NCBI GenBank assembly: GCA_045536535.1
Contig: JAZSNS010000017.1
Coordinates: forward strand, 15,940 to 79,939
Direction of reading: 5' to 3'
Length of the DNA: 64,000 nt
DNA from: Eubacteriales bacterium
Lineage (GTDB): Bacteria; Bacillota; Clostridia; Oscillospirales; CAG-382
Part shown: piece by piece, positions 36,412-46,152 of the stretch
Numbering within the stretch: position 1 is the stretch's first letter
Layout of the letters: each line of letters opens with the position of its first letter
Program-made: the position numbers and the translations under genes
Notes under the pieces: generated by a model
Database searches by the model: none
Seen by the model: the letters and a program-made list of their open reading frames with translations, nothing else
What the model was told of the DNA's origin: nothing

Positions 36412-37777
36412 AGTTAACGCAAAGCTCGATCCCCAATTCACCCCCCTTTCTCTTGTTTGCCGCGAAATGCGCGAAGCAACCAAGGATGACGGTCAGGACA
36501 TTGTCATCGGCGTTGAAAGAAACAAGGGCTACACCACCGTTTATAAAACTCGCGTTTTCAAAGACGGCACCGGTCACGATGAAGAAAACTTCAATTTCAT
36601 CGAAAGAATGACCAAAGCTCTCCTTTGGGTTGCGGGCGGTTTCAAGATAATCATCGCAGGCAGCGAAGTTATCGGTAACAAGATCAAAGAAGCTTATACC
36701 GATGGCGGCCTTCGCGATTTTGACGTTCACTTTATGGAACGCGTTTACGAAACCAACTTCGAAGTTGAAATTCGTCCTATCGAAAACGCTCCCGTTGAAG
36801 TTTCCGGCGCAGCACCTGTCGGCAGACATCTCGACGGTTGCCGTATCGGTTTCGATGCAGGCGGATCCGACAGAAAAGTCTCCGCTGTTATCGACGGCGA
36901 AAGCGTTTATTCCGAGGAAGTTGTTTGGTTCCCCAAGATCAACTCCGATCCCGATTATCACTATCAAGGCATTCTCGAAGCAATGAAGACTGCTGCTTCC
37001 AAAATGCCCCGCGTTGACGCTATCGGCATTTCCAGTGCGGGCGTTTATGTTGATAACCGCATCATGGTCGCTTCGCTCTTCCTTAAAGTTAACGACGAAG
37101 ATTTCGACAAAAAAGTCAAAGATATGTATATCAACGTCTGCAAAGAAATCGGCGAAGATATTCCGATCGAAGTTGCAAACGACGGCGACGTTACCGCTCT
37201 CGCAGGCGCGATGAACCTCAATGACGATTCGGTTCTCGGCGTTGCAATGGGCACTTCCGAAGCGGTTGGCTATGTTGATCCTCAGGGCAACATCACCGGC
37301 TGGCTCAACGAACTCGCATTCGCTCCCGTTGACTACTGCAAGGACGCAATGGTTGACGAATGGTCGGGCGACTATGGCTGCGGCGTTAAGTATTTCTCGC
37401 AGGACGGCGTTATCAAACTCGCTCCTTTCGCAGGTATCGAACTTGATGAAAACCTCTCTCCCGCAGAAAAGCTCAAAGTTGTTCAGGGCCTTATGAAAGA
37501 AGGCGACGAACGTGCTGCCGCTATCTATGACACCATCGGTGCATATTTCGGCTATGCTATCGCATTCTATACCGAATTTTATGATATCAAACACGTTCTC
37601 ATCATGGGTCGTGTTACCTCCGGCGACGGCGGCGTTATCCTTCTCGAACGCGCTCAGGAAGTTCTTGATAAAGAATTCCCCGAACTCGCAAAGAAGATCC
37701 AACTTCACATTCCCGACGAAAATTCCCGCCGTGTCGGCCAGTCGGTTGCTGCAGCATCGCTTCCCAAAATCGGTTAA
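36401..37777 (+). CDS. ROK/ASKHA-superfamily sugar-kinase-like protein with ~130-aa N-terminal extension
   Basis: Start overlaps the nagA end by 11 nt. Motifs: phosphate-1 IGFDAGGSDRKVS, GISSAGVYV, ANDGDVTALAG, LGVAMGTSEAVGYV. No ROK CxCGxxGC zinc motif and no HTH were seen. Confidence 0.6.
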   Translation: MKLKVNAKLDPQFTPLSLVCREMREATKDDGQDIVIGVERNKGYTTVYKTRVFKDGTGHDEENFNFIERMTKALLWVAGGFKIIIAGSEVIGNKIKEAYTDGGLRDFDVHFMERVYETNFEVEIRPIENAPVEVSGAAPVGRHLDGCRIGFDAGGSDRKVSAVIDGESVYSEEVVWFPKINSDPDYHYQGILEAMKTAASKMPRVDAIGISSAGVYVDNRIMVASLFLKVNDEDFDKKVKDMYINVCKEIGEDIPIEVANDGDVTALAGAMNLNDDSVLGVAMGTSEAVGYVDPQGNITGWLNELAFAPVDYCKDAMVDEWSGDYGCGVKYFSQDGVIKLAPFAGIELDENLSPAEKLKVVQGLMKEGDERAAAIYDTIGAYFGYAIAFYTEFYDIKHVLIMGRVTSGDGGVILLERAQEVLDKEFPELAKKIQLHIPDENSRRVGQSVAAASLPKIG

Positions 37778-37780
37778 TAC

Positions 37781-37810
37781 AAAAAAGGAGACTTTATGTC
37801 TCCTTTTTTT
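37781..37810. terminator. Bidirectional intrinsic terminator
   Basis: aaaaa-aggagac-tttat-gtctcct-ttttttt between convergent genes. Confidence 0.8.
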
Positions 37811-37814
37811 GTAT

Positions 37815-38534
37815 TTAAGGCAACTCGGGTTCGGGGTCGATCGGATTTCCTTCCATTTTGAGTTCAAAATGAAGGTGCGATTCGTCCGCGCTTTCGCAGC
37901 GAGCCGTGTTTCCGATTTTGCCGATAACCTGTCCCGCAAGAACTTCGCTTCCGACGGTTATCCCCTCGGCAAGAGTCGGGTCAAGACTCATGTAATAAGA
38001 AACGAGCCCGTGTTCATGCGTGACCGCGACCGTCGTACCGTAGAAATAGTCGTCGGTCACCGAAGTGACAACTCCGTCGGCAAAGCAGATAACGTCTGCG
38101 CCTTCTTCCGCTTTGATATCGATTCCGCTGTGAACGCGGTAATCCTTCATTGTTTCGGAATAGACAAGCACGTCAAGATTGTGCGGCTTGACAATCTCGC
38201 CGTTAACGGGGCGGTAGAACTTGATTCGCTCATCGAGTCCGGCGTCAATATCGCTTTCTTCGTTGATAACGGGGTTATCGTCGGGTTTGATAGGATCAAG
38301 AGTGTCGTCGGGTGCGGATAAGTCGTTGTCGAGATCGAGATCGGGAAAAGATATCGGCGCAAGGCTTTCCTCATAATCATAGGAAATGCTGAAAATACCC
38401 ACCGTTGCGACGATAACGACGAGTATCGCCAATCCGAGATATATAAACGCCGAAACCTTTGCCGCTTTTTTGACGAACGGTGCTGTGTTGTTGCCGTTTT
38501 CGTCAAAAATGTTTTTGTCCTGATTGTCGTTCAT
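37815..38534 (-). CDS. Membrane-anchored M23/LytM peptidase-domain protein (SpoIIQ candidate)
   Basis: 239 aa with one N-terminal TM helix (AFIYLGLAILVVIVATVGIF). LytM motifs are HSGIDI (HxxxD) and SHLHFE (HxH). It lies directly downstream of spoIID on the same strand. Confidence 0.8.
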   Translation of the reverse strand: MNDNQDKNIFDENGNNTAPFVKKAAKVSAFIYLGLAILVVIVATVGIFSISYDYEESLAPISFPDLDLDNDLSAPDDTLDPIKPDDNPVINEESDIDAGLDERIKFYRPVNGEIVKPHNLDVLVYSETMKDYRVHSGIDIKAEEGADVICFADGVVTSVTDDYFYGTTVAVTHEHGLVSYYMSLDPTLAEGITVGSEVLAGQVIGKIGNTARCESADESHLHFELKMEGNPIDPEPELP

Positions 38535-38600
38535 AGGTTTTCCCCCTGAATGTGATTTGTCATGTGTATTATTTTCATTCAGAGGGAAAGTTATTCAATT

Positions 38601-39443
38601 TCAATAAATTTTGTTTAAATTCAATTTGGGAAAATAAATTTCGAGAATTCGGTTGTATTTCATTCCGTCTTCGGCTTTTGTTTGTGCCGCGCAGAGGTTA
38701 AGGCCGTAACCGTGCCCGACGCCGTTGCAGACGGCAGTCACTCCGTCTTCGCTGATTTCCAGCGAGAATTCAACGCTCGGAAGCGACAAAACGTCGGCGA
38801 GATCGTCGCCGCTGATAACTCTGTTTCCGAAAACGGAAAAAACGCATTTTCCCCCTTCGTCATAAACGACACAACTTTCTTTTTCGGATATGTTTTCTAA
38901 AATCCCGTCGGTTTCCAACGTTAAAGAAAGGTTATGTATCTCGCATTTTCCGCTTTCGGCGGTCGGGGAAAGATATGAAAACCCCTCGCATTGACGCGTT
39001 CCGCTTCCTGCGCAATGAGTGAAAAGCGCCAGCGCGGGAAACCCGTTGACGGTCAGGGCTTCTCCTCGGGTCTCTTCGACGGCTTTTTTGACTCTCGCGA
39101 GGAATTCGATTTTTGCTTTTTCGGGATTGCCAAGAGGAACACAGCAATTTTTGTCGGCGCATGCGTCGAACCCGTCGTGCTTCAAGCCATAGAGCGAAAA
39201 ATAAAGCGCGCACGACCGCGCAGCAACGGCAAGCGATTTTAAAGCCTCGTCGTTTTCGCAAATTTCGCCTTCTGCAAGCAAAACACGAAGAACATATTCT
39301 TCGGCATCGATCTCAACGATCTCGCCGTCAAGGAAAACCGCCAGCTTCGGCGCCGGTGATTGGTTCATGGCTTTCGCTGCCGCAAAAGGGATCGCGGAAA
39401 GCGAGATGAGAATAACGCAGAAATAAACAAACCAACTTCTCAT
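38601..39443 (-). CDS. spoIID: Stage II sporulation protein D (SpoIID/LytB-domain lytic transglycosylase)
   Basis: 280 aa with a signal/anchor, EEYVLRVLLAEGE..EALKSLAVAARSCALY and ..THCAGSG..C.. patterns typical of the SpoIID family. Confidence 0.82.
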   Translation of the reverse strand: MRSWFVYFCVILISLSAIPFAAAKAMNQSPAPKLAVFLDGEIVEIDAEEYVLRVLLAEGEICENDEALKSLAVAARSCALYFSLYGLKHDGFDACADKNCCVPLGNPEKAKIEFLARVKKAVEETRGEALTVNGFPALALFTHCAGSGTRQCEGFSYLSPTAESGKCEIHNLSLTLETDGILENISEKESCVVYDEGGKCVFSVFGNRVISGDDLADVLSLPSVEFSLEISEDGVTAVCNGVGHGYGLNLCAAQTKAEDGMKYNRILEIYFPKLNLNKIY

Positions 39444-39494
39444 AAATTACATCCTTTTTATATATTCGTCGGTTTATTTATATTCATGATTCTT

Positions 39495-39537
39495 AAAAAA
39501 ATAACCGCCCGAGAAACTTGTCGGGCGGTTGTTTTTG
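39495..39537. terminator. Intrinsic terminator (usable on both strands) after the membrane-protein gene
   Basis: aaaaaaat-aaccgcccga-gaaacttg-tcgggcggtt-gtttttgtt. Confidence 0.75.
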
Positions 39538-40410
39538 TTATTCTTCGACGTTCTTTTCAAAAGGAACGGTCTTTGAGTTGATGATGCGAGTCACGATATA
39601 AACGGCGATTGCGATATCCACCACCGACATCACCGCCTCGATGTCAAACGAGAACGCCCCGAGGCAATGAGCAACAACGTGGGGAACCGAATAAACAAGC
39701 AGGAGATAGATAGAACAGTAACCGTAGATATCGAAAAACACGCTCTTTGTCGGAATTGCATACGATCTTCCTTCGGAAAGGAAGAAGAGCAACGCCGCGA
39801 TAAGTCCGAGAAGGTGATATGCTCCCGATGAAGCGAGCGGGGCGGCACTGCTGTTGATAAATTCGTCAAGAAGCCGAAACGCCGAGAAGATGATCGGAAC
39901 GAGCGTCACAAGAGCAAAAAACCGTTTGTCAAGGTTTCCTTTGCGGTTGTTGTAAACGCCTTGGAACATAAACTTCATTGCGCTTGCAATACCGAAAGCA
40001 ACAACGATAAATTCGATCGTTGAGCCCTTTTCGTTGACAGGCATTGGCATGTTGGGAACGCCGCCGATGACCGGAGGAGCGGATTCGGCATTGAGAGACC
40101 AGAAATACATTATCGACGCGCCGACGAACGCAAAACCGAGGACAAGCGCACCGACCGAAACCGAGCCGGATCTGTCATCAAGCACGATCGCCGATTTGTT
40201 TGAGAGTTTGAATGCGGAAATTGCAAAAGCGACGAGCAAAATCGCAGATGCGATCGAAAAAGCGATCACGACCGCGTTTTTGGGGAGATAATAAAGGTCG
40301 GCGTTGGGGTTGTTTTTTTCCATATTCGCGGCAATGACAAAAAACCGCAAAATCGACATAACGACCGAGATCGCCAACACGAACAATGAATTTTTGCTTC
40401 TTAAAGACAT
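39538..40410 (-). CDS. Polytopic membrane protein of unknown function
   Basis: 290 aa with about 8 hydrophobic helices. A TTTACA-17-TATAAT promoter lies upstream on the minus strand (about 40440-40470). I recognise no family. Confidence 0.65.
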   Translation of the reverse strand: MSLRSKNSLFVLAISVVMSILRFFVIAANMEKNNPNADLYYLPKNAVVIAFSIASAILLVAFAISAFKLSNKSAIVLDDRSGSVSVGALVLGFAFVGASIMYFWSLNAESAPPVIGGVPNMPMPVNEKGSTIEFIVVAFGIASAMKFMFQGVYNNRKGNLDKRFFALVTLVPIIFSAFRLLDEFINSSAAPLASSGAYHLLGLIAALLFFLSEGRSYAIPTKSVFFDIYGYCSIYLLLVYSVPHVVAHCLGAFSFDIEAVMSVVDIAIAVYIVTRIINSKTVPFEKNVEE

Positions 40411-40516
40411 ATTTAACCCCTTTCCGAAAAAATTTCCACATCTATTATTATATTGACGAAAACCTCGTTTGTAAAGAGCAAATATATTTATTTTACAAAA
40501 TATTCAGCCTTTTTTT

Positions 40517-40557
40517 AAAACAAAAGGGTTTGACGTATTTAACGCAAACCCCTTTTT
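40517..40557 (-). terminator. Probable terminator after the GDPD gene
   Basis: gggtttg..caaaccc hairpin (40526-40551). On the minus strand it is followed by ttttgttttaaaaaaa. Confidence 0.55.
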
Positions 40558-40576
40558 GTTCATTTGATATAAAGAG

Positions 40577-41299
40577 TCATTCGAGGATATTGGTAGTGAT
40601 AAATTGCACACCCCAGGAAACAAGCCGTTCGGCAACGGTCACATCGTCAACCGTCCAGACGTTGATTTCAATGCCCTCGTCGATCAACTTTTTGACTTTT
40701 TCTTCGCTGTCAAGCGCGCCCGACCAGATATCAATGCCCATTTTATGTTCTTTGAGCAACGCAATTATTTCATCGCTGTATTCGCCCGTGAGAAATTGGC
40801 AATGCGCTTCGGGGCAGAACTGCCTTAAAAGTTGAAGGTTCGGAAAATAGAACGAGATGAAGATCATCATATCAAGACTGTATTCGGATCTCACGATCTC
40901 GATCAGCGACTTCATGTTTTCTTCGTTATATATCCCTTTGAATTCAAGAACGCCGACCTTTTCGTAACGTTTGCAGATCTTTAAATAGTCCTGCAATTCC
41001 GGCACGCGCAGATCAAACCTGCCGCGTTTTCCGTCCATATCGAGAAGTCTGACCGCTTGAACCTCGTCAAGCGTACTCTTTTCGGGAACGACGGCATCGA
41101 TGCCGCAACGCGAAGTGTCGTCATCGTGCAGAAGCACAAATTTGCCGTCAAGCGTGGGGCGTACGTCGGTTTCGATACCGAAATAACTGCGGTTGCCCGC
41201 CGCGACGAAAGCCGACGCGGTGTTTTCGCGTTCCAAACCCGAAAGCCCTCTGTGTGCGACAAGCAACGTGCCGTTTTTGTTGATCTTAACGGTATTCAT
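40577..41299 (-). CDS. Glycerophosphodiester phosphodiesterase
   Basis: 240 aa with the GDPD signature LVAHRGLSGLERENTASAF..A......FGIETDVR.T.DG..VLLHDD. Confidence 0.9.
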   Translation of the reverse strand: MNTVKINKNGTLLVAHRGLSGLERENTASAFVAAGNRSYFGIETDVRPTLDGKFVLLHDDDTSRCGIDAVVPEKSTLDEVQAVRLLDMDGKRGRFDLRVPELQDYLKICKRYEKVGVLEFKGIYNEENMKSLIEIVRSEYSLDMMIFISFYFPNLQLLRQFCPEAHCQFLTGEYSDEIIALLKEHKMGIDIWSGALDSEEKVKKLIDEGIEINVWTVDDVTVAERLVSWGVQFITTNILE

Positions 41300-41316
41300 A
41301 ATTCACCTTTTAAAAA

Positions 41317-43725
41317 CTATTTCGCAACGATGTTAAAGATCTTGTCTTTGATATAAATCTTCTTGATGATCTGTTTACCGTCGAGGTTTGCCATAATGCC
41401 TGCGTTTGCACTGATAATATCCCAAACGGTATCTTCTTCCGCGCCTGCGGGGATAACAACGGTGCCTTTGAGTTTGCCGCAAACCTGAACGGCGATCTCT
41501 TTTTCGTCGTCAACGGTAAGCGCTTCGTCATATTCGGGCCAAGCGGAAACCGAGCAGAAGTCCTTTTGTCCCAATTTCTCCCACATTTCTTCGCAAACGT
41601 GCGGAGCGAACGGGCAAAGGATACGGGTGAGCGCAAGCAGACTTTCTTTGTCGATGCTTCCAACGGCATAAACATCGTTCAGGAAACTCATCATCGCCGC
41701 GATAGCGGTGTTGAATTTCATACCGTCGATGTCGGAAGAAACCTTTTTGATGGTCTTGTGAAGCGAACGTTCAAGTTTGGCATCTTTCTTGCCGAGCATC
41801 TCGTCCAAAGCGGCAAAGCGTTCCAAAAATCTCTTACAGCCGCGAACCGAACTTTGCGACCAAGGAGCGGCAGAGCCGTAATCGCCCATGAAGAGGGTAT
41901 AGGTGCGGAGAACGTCTGCGCCATATTCGTCAACGACGTCGTTGGGGTCAACAACGTTGCCTTTGGATTTGCTCATCTTTTCGCCGTCGGGACCGAGGAT
42001 CAAGCCCTGCGCGGTGCGTTTTGCATAGGGTTCGGCAACGGGAACGACGCCGAGGTCAAAGAGGAACTTGTGCCAGAATCGCGAATAGATCATATGACGC
42101 GTGACGTGTTCCATACCGCCGTTGTACCAATCGACGGGGAGCCAATATTTAAGTTTTTCTTCGTTTGCAAAGCAATCGTCGTTGTGAGGATCGCAATATC
42201 TGAGGAAGTACCACGAAGAACCTGCCCATTGAGGCATTGTGTCGGTTTCGCGCTTTGCGTCACCGCCGCATTTCGGACATTTGCAGTTGACATAGGAATC
42301 TATCCTTGCCAAAGGCGATTCGCCGCCCTGACCGGGAGCAAATTCGTCCATATCGGGCAGACGAAGCGGAAGTTCTTCATAAGGAACAGCGACCATACCG
42401 CATTTCTCGCAATGAACGATCGGAATGGGTTCGCCCCAATAACGCTGACGGTTGAACGCCCAGTCCTTCATCTTGTACTGAACGCCGCCTTCGCCGACGC
42501 CGAGCTTTTGAAGTTCTTCGATCGCGCGGCGGATCGAATCTTTCTTGTTGTTAAATCCGTTCAGGAAGCCGGAGTTGACCATTTCGCCGCTTTCGGTATA
42601 GGCTTCTTCTTCGATATTGCCGCCTTTGATAACTTCGATGATATCAATGCCGAACTTCTTTGCGAATTCCCAGTCGCGCTGGTCGTGAGCGGGAACTGCC
42701 ATGATCGCGCCCGTGCCATATCCCATCATAACGTAGTCTGCGATAAAAATGGGGATCTCCTTGCCGTTTATCGGGTTGATCGCCGTCATGCCGTCAAGTC
42801 GGACACCCGTCTTTTCTTTGACAAGCTGGGTGCGCTCGAATTCGGTCTTCTTGGCGCATTCATTTCGGTATTCTTCAACTTCGGACATGTTGTTGATGCT
42901 CGAAGCATATTTGTCGATGAGCGGATGCTCGGGCGCCATGACCATGAAGGTAACGCCGAAGAGTGTGTCGGGACGTGTGGTATAGATCTGCAAAGAATCT
43001 TCTTTGTCTTTGAGTGCGAATTTAACAAATGCGCCCTCGGATTTTCCGATCCAGTTGACCTGTTGTTGCTTGATGTTGGGGAGATAATCGACCTCTTCAA
43101 GACCTTTAAGTAATTTATCGGCATATTCGGTGATGCGTAAGTACCAAACGTCCTTCGATTTCTGAACGATATCGTTGTGGCAGATGTCGCACTTGCCGCC
43201 CTGAGAGTCCTCGTTCGAGAGAACGACCTTGCATTCGGGGCAGTAGTTAACGAGCGCGGTGTCACGGAAAACGAGACCCTTCTCGAACATTTTGAGGAAG
43301 ATCCACTGAGTCCATTTGTAATAATTAACGTCGGTCGTATCGACAACTCGCGACCAATCGAACGCAAAACCGACGCGTTTGAGCTGGCTTGTGAACTTTT
43401 CGATGTTTTTGTCGGTTACGGCTCTCGGGTGCATGCCGGTTTTGATAGCATAGTTTTCGGTGGGAAGACCGAACGCGTCAAAACCCATCGGGAACATAAC
43501 GTTAAAGCCTTCCATGCGTCTTTTGCGCGAGATAACTTCCAAACCCGAATAAGCCTTGATGTGGCCGACGTGCATACCTGCGCCGCTGGGGTAGGGAAAC
43601 TCGACAAGTGCGAAAAACTTTTGCTTTTCCGAACCTGCTTCGCCGGGATCTTTTGCTTCGAAAATTTTACTTTCGTCCCAGCGGGATTGCCATTTTTTCT
43701 CTATATCTTTAAATTCGTGTCTCAT
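41317..43725 (-). CDS. leuS: Leucine--tRNA ligase
   Basis: 802 aa from ATG 43725, an ATGA overlap with the rsfS stop. Motifs: HIGH-type PYPSGAGMHVGH, KMSKS and the CP1 editing-domain pattern. The ORF-track start at 43767 is probably too far upstream. Confidence 0.97.
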   Translation of the reverse strand: MRHEFKDIEKKWQSRWDESKIFEAKDPGEAGSEKQKFFALVEFPYPSGAGMHVGHIKAYSGLEVISRKRRMEGFNVMFPMGFDAFGLPTENYAIKTGMHPRAVTDKNIEKFTSQLKRVGFAFDWSRVVDTTDVNYYKWTQWIFLKMFEKGLVFRDTALVNYCPECKVVLSNEDSQGGKCDICHNDIVQKSKDVWYLRITEYADKLLKGLEEVDYLPNIKQQQVNWIGKSEGAFVKFALKDKEDSLQIYTTRPDTLFGVTFMVMAPEHPLIDKYASSINNMSEVEEYRNECAKKTEFERTQLVKEKTGVRLDGMTAINPINGKEIPIFIADYVMMGYGTGAIMAVPAHDQRDWEFAKKFGIDIIEVIKGGNIEEEAYTESGEMVNSGFLNGFNNKKDSIRRAIEELQKLGVGEGGVQYKMKDWAFNRQRYWGEPIPIVHCEKCGMVAVPYEELPLRLPDMDEFAPGQGGESPLARIDSYVNCKCPKCGGDAKRETDTMPQWAGSSWYFLRYCDPHNDDCFANEEKLKYWLPVDWYNGGMEHVTRHMIYSRFWHKFLFDLGVVPVAEPYAKRTAQGLILGPDGEKMSKSKGNVVDPNDVVDEYGADVLRTYTLFMGDYGSAAPWSQSSVRGCKRFLERFAALDEMLGKKDAKLERSLHKTIKKVSSDIDGMKFNTAIAAMMSFLNDVYAVGSIDKESLLALTRILCPFAPHVCEEMWEKLGQKDFCSVSAWPEYDEALTVDDEKEIAVQVCGKLKGTVVIPAGAEEDTVWDIISANAGIMANLDGKQIIKKIYIKDKIFNIVAK

Positions 43726-44102
43726 TCCTGTTCGCTCCTTTCGGGTTTGACCTCGTTTCCGTTCCAAAGGCGTTCGAGTTTGTAAAATTCACGTGCCTGA
43801 GAAGTGAAAACGTTGATAACGACACAGCCGTAGTCAAGCAAAGTCCATGCGTTGCCCGATGCGCCTTCGATGTGGCTCGGCTCAACACCGAGTTCTTCTT
43901 TGAGTTTGAACTCGACTTCATCGGCAAGCGCGCGAACGTGGGTGTTTGAAGTACCTGTCGCGAGGACAAAATAATCCGCGAGAACCGTCTGATCGCCGAC
44001 TTGGAGCGTTGTAACGTCCATGCCTTTTTTGTTGTCAAGCGTCGCGGCCGCAAGTTCGGCGATTGCTTTCGCCTTTTCCTGTTGAATGATATCGTCTTTC
44101 AT
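43722..44102 (-). CDS. rsfS: Ribosome silencing factor
   Basis: 126 aa. DYFVLATGTSNTHVRALADEV...GNAWTLLDYGCVVINVF....REFY.LE.LW is the RsfS/iojap pattern. Confidence 0.92.
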   Translation of the reverse strand: MKDDIIQQEKAKAIAELAAATLDNKKGMDVTTLQVGDQTVLADYFVLATGTSNTHVRALADEVEFKLKEELGVEPSHIEGASGNAWTLLDYGCVVINVFTSQAREFYKLERLWNGNEVKPERSEQE

Positions 44103-44128
44103 TTTTTATCCTTTCGATAGAACGGTTT

Positions 44129-44737
44129 TTAAAAGGTCACCGCTCTTAACTGATTTATGTAATAATTTCTTGCCTGAACCGTGTTGCTGCAAATAAGTTT
44201 GTCGTCGGCAAGAAGATGTTTTATCGTCGTGTCAAACGAGCGCACAAGCGTTTTCGTGAGCGCGGTGTTTTTGTCGGGCTCTTTTTGGAGCGCCTTTTTG
44301 TAAAACTCACGCAGTTTTATGCAGGAGGGGTCGTCACGGAACTCCTCAATGTAATCTGCAAGATAGATAACGATTTCAAACGGAGTCATCGCCGCTCTGC
44401 CCGTTGTGTGCCAATAGATCGCCGAGCAGGCTTCGCTCGGGAGCGAAAACCTTTCGCTCGCAATCATTGCGGCGGTCTTTGCGTGAAGTAATTTCGGGGT
44501 TATTTTTTCTTCTTCGGTCAGTTCAATTCCGTAATGCGCGCAAAGTTCAAACTGCTTTTCGGCAGGATATTCTTTCGTGTAGTCATGCATAAGCGCGGCG
44601 AGTTCGACAAGCTTCGGATCAAGCGCGGGAAAATGCGTTTTTGCGATCTCCTTTGCTGCTTCGGCAACCCCCAACGTGTGTTTAAGACGTCGTTCGGATA
44701 TTGTCATTGAAGAAAGAATTGCGTTTGCATCGGTCAT
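44129..44737 (-). CDS. yqeK: YqeK-type HD-domain phosphohydrolase
   Basis: 202 aa with RLKHTLGV, HDYTKE and WHTTG motifs. It is coupled to nadD by a 4-nt overlap. Confidence 0.85.
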   Translation of the reverse strand: MTDANAILSSMTISERRLKHTLGVAEAAKEIAKTHFPALDPKLVELAALMHDYTKEYPAEKQFELCAHYGIELTEEEKITPKLLHAKTAAMIASERFSLPSEACSAIYWHTTGRAAMTPFEIVIYLADYIEEFRDDPSCIKLREFYKKALQKEPDKNTALTKTLVRSFDTTIKHLLADDKLICSNTVQARNYYINQLRAVTF

Positions 44738-45318
44738 GTTCCGTAAAGCCCCCGTTCTTTAATATAATCAAATACGCCCTCAGGCAAAACCTCTTTTGAC
44801 GGATTATCGCGAAATTCGCTTGATGAAAGTCCGATTCGCTCGTTGTCCAAAAGCAGCGGGCGCTTCCCCGAAAGCGATTGGAGCCTGTCAAGTGCAGGGA
44901 CGATATCCTTTTCACCGCGATAGGCGATAACAAGATTAACGTTATCGAGAATGAACCGATAATTCTTCCATTTGTCAAAGCCGTCGATCCAATCGTCGCC
45001 CGTCAAAAGAAAGAACTCGGCGTTTTCATGAGCCGATTTCAGTTCGGCAACCGTGTCGCAGGTGAAACTCATTCCGTTTCGGTTGAGTTCCATTTTGCTG
45101 ACAACGATCTTATCATACCCCGAAAACGCGATTTTCAGCATATTAAATCTGTCGCTCCCCGAAACCCCGTGGGATTCTTTGAGCGGCGGAATGTTGTTTG
45201 GAATAACGTAAAGCAGATCGAGACCGAATTTTCGAATGAATTCTTTTGCGATCTCAACGTGCGCCTTGTGGACGGGATTGAATGTCCCGCCGAATATGCC
45301 GATCTTATTCGCCGTCAT
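44734..45318 (-). CDS. nadD: Nicotinate-nucleotide adenylyltransferase
   Basis: IGIFGGTFNPVHKAH (the GxFxPxH motif). Start chosen at ATG 45318 (MTANKIGIFGG). ATG 45351 behind a GAGGTG RBS is an alternative. Either start overlaps the yebC 3' end. Confidence 0.88.
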   Translation of the reverse strand: MTANKIGIFGGTFNPVHKAHVEIAKEFIRKFGLDLLYVIPNNIPPLKESHGVSGSDRFNMLKIAFSGYDKIVVSKMELNRNGMSFTCDTVAELKSAHENAEFFLLTGDDWIDGFDKWKNYRFILDNVNLVIAYRGEKDIVPALDRLQSLSGKRPLLLDNERIGLSSSEFRDNPSKEVLPEGVFDYIKERGLYGT

Positions 45319-46027
45319 CCCAGTTGTGCCAAACTTCGGTGACATCGTCATTGTCTTCAAGCACCTCGAGCAGTTTGTTCATTTTTGTTATCTGATCTTC
45401 GTCTTCAAGACGGACATAATTGGCGGGAATCTTTTCGGGGTCTGCCGATTCGATAACGTAACCCTTTGCTTCCAACGCCTCGCGAACGGAAGAAAGATCG
45501 CTCACATCGGTGAAAACCTCGCCGTGTTCGCCTTCGGAGGTGAAGTCAAGCGCGCCGCAATCGAGCGCGGCTTCCATAAATTCGTCTTCGTCCTTGATCC
45601 CCGAAACGACAACAACGCCCTTTTCGGCGAAAAGATAGGAAACGCAACCGGTCGTGCCGAGATTGCCGCCGAATTTGTCGAAATAGTGACGAACGTCGCC
45701 CGCGGTGCGGTTTCTGTTGTCGGTCGCCGCTTCGACGATAACGGCAACGCCGCCGGGGCCGTATCCTTCGTAGACCATAACTTCATAGGCAACGCTGTCC
45801 GCGCCCGAAGCCTTTTTGATGACTCTGTCGATGTTATCGTTGGGTACGTTAAGGCTCTTTGCTTTTGCGATAAGATCGCGAAGTCTTGTGTTGGAAACGG
45901 GGTCGGGACCGCCGTCACGAACCGCGATCGCGATTTCTTTTCCTATTTTCGTAAAGACTTTTGCGCGCTGAGCATCGGTCTTTTCCTTTTTGTGCATTAT
46001 GTTTTTCCATTTGGAATGTCCTGACAT
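45305..46027 (-). CDS. yebC: YebC/PmpR-family DNA-binding transcriptional regulator
   Basis: 240 aa. MSGHSKWKNIMHKKEKTDAQRAKVFTK is the family hallmark. Confidence 0.95.
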   Translation of the reverse strand: MSGHSKWKNIMHKKEKTDAQRAKVFTKIGKEIAIAVRDGGPDPVSNTRLRDLIAKAKSLNVPNDNIDRVIKKASGADSVAYEVMVYEGYGPGGVAVIVEAATDNRNRTAGDVRHYFDKFGGNLGTTGCVSYLFAEKGVVVVSGIKDEDEFMEAALDCGALDFTSEGEHGEVFTDVSDLSSVREALEAKGYVIESADPEKIPANYVRLEDEDQITKMNKLLEVLEDNDDVTEVWHNWDDGE

Positions 46028-46088
46028 AATAAAACTCCTTTGACGTTAGTGAAAAATGAAGAGAAACGGTTGATATAATATAATTTTG

Positions 46089-46152
46089 TTTTTTCGAGGA
46101 CAGCCGCCTTGAAAAAAACGAATAAAACAGATGGAGAGCGAAGCGATTTAAA
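46089..46152. repeat. Copy B (truncated: hairpin 1 + 19-nt tail) of the structured intergenic repeat
   Basis: H1 is 46089-46117 (ttttttcgagg-acagccg-ccttgaaaaaa, with one G-T pair). The tail gagagcgaagcgatttaaa at 46134-46152 is identical to 2011-2029 and overlaps the argS stop codon. Confidence 0.8.
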
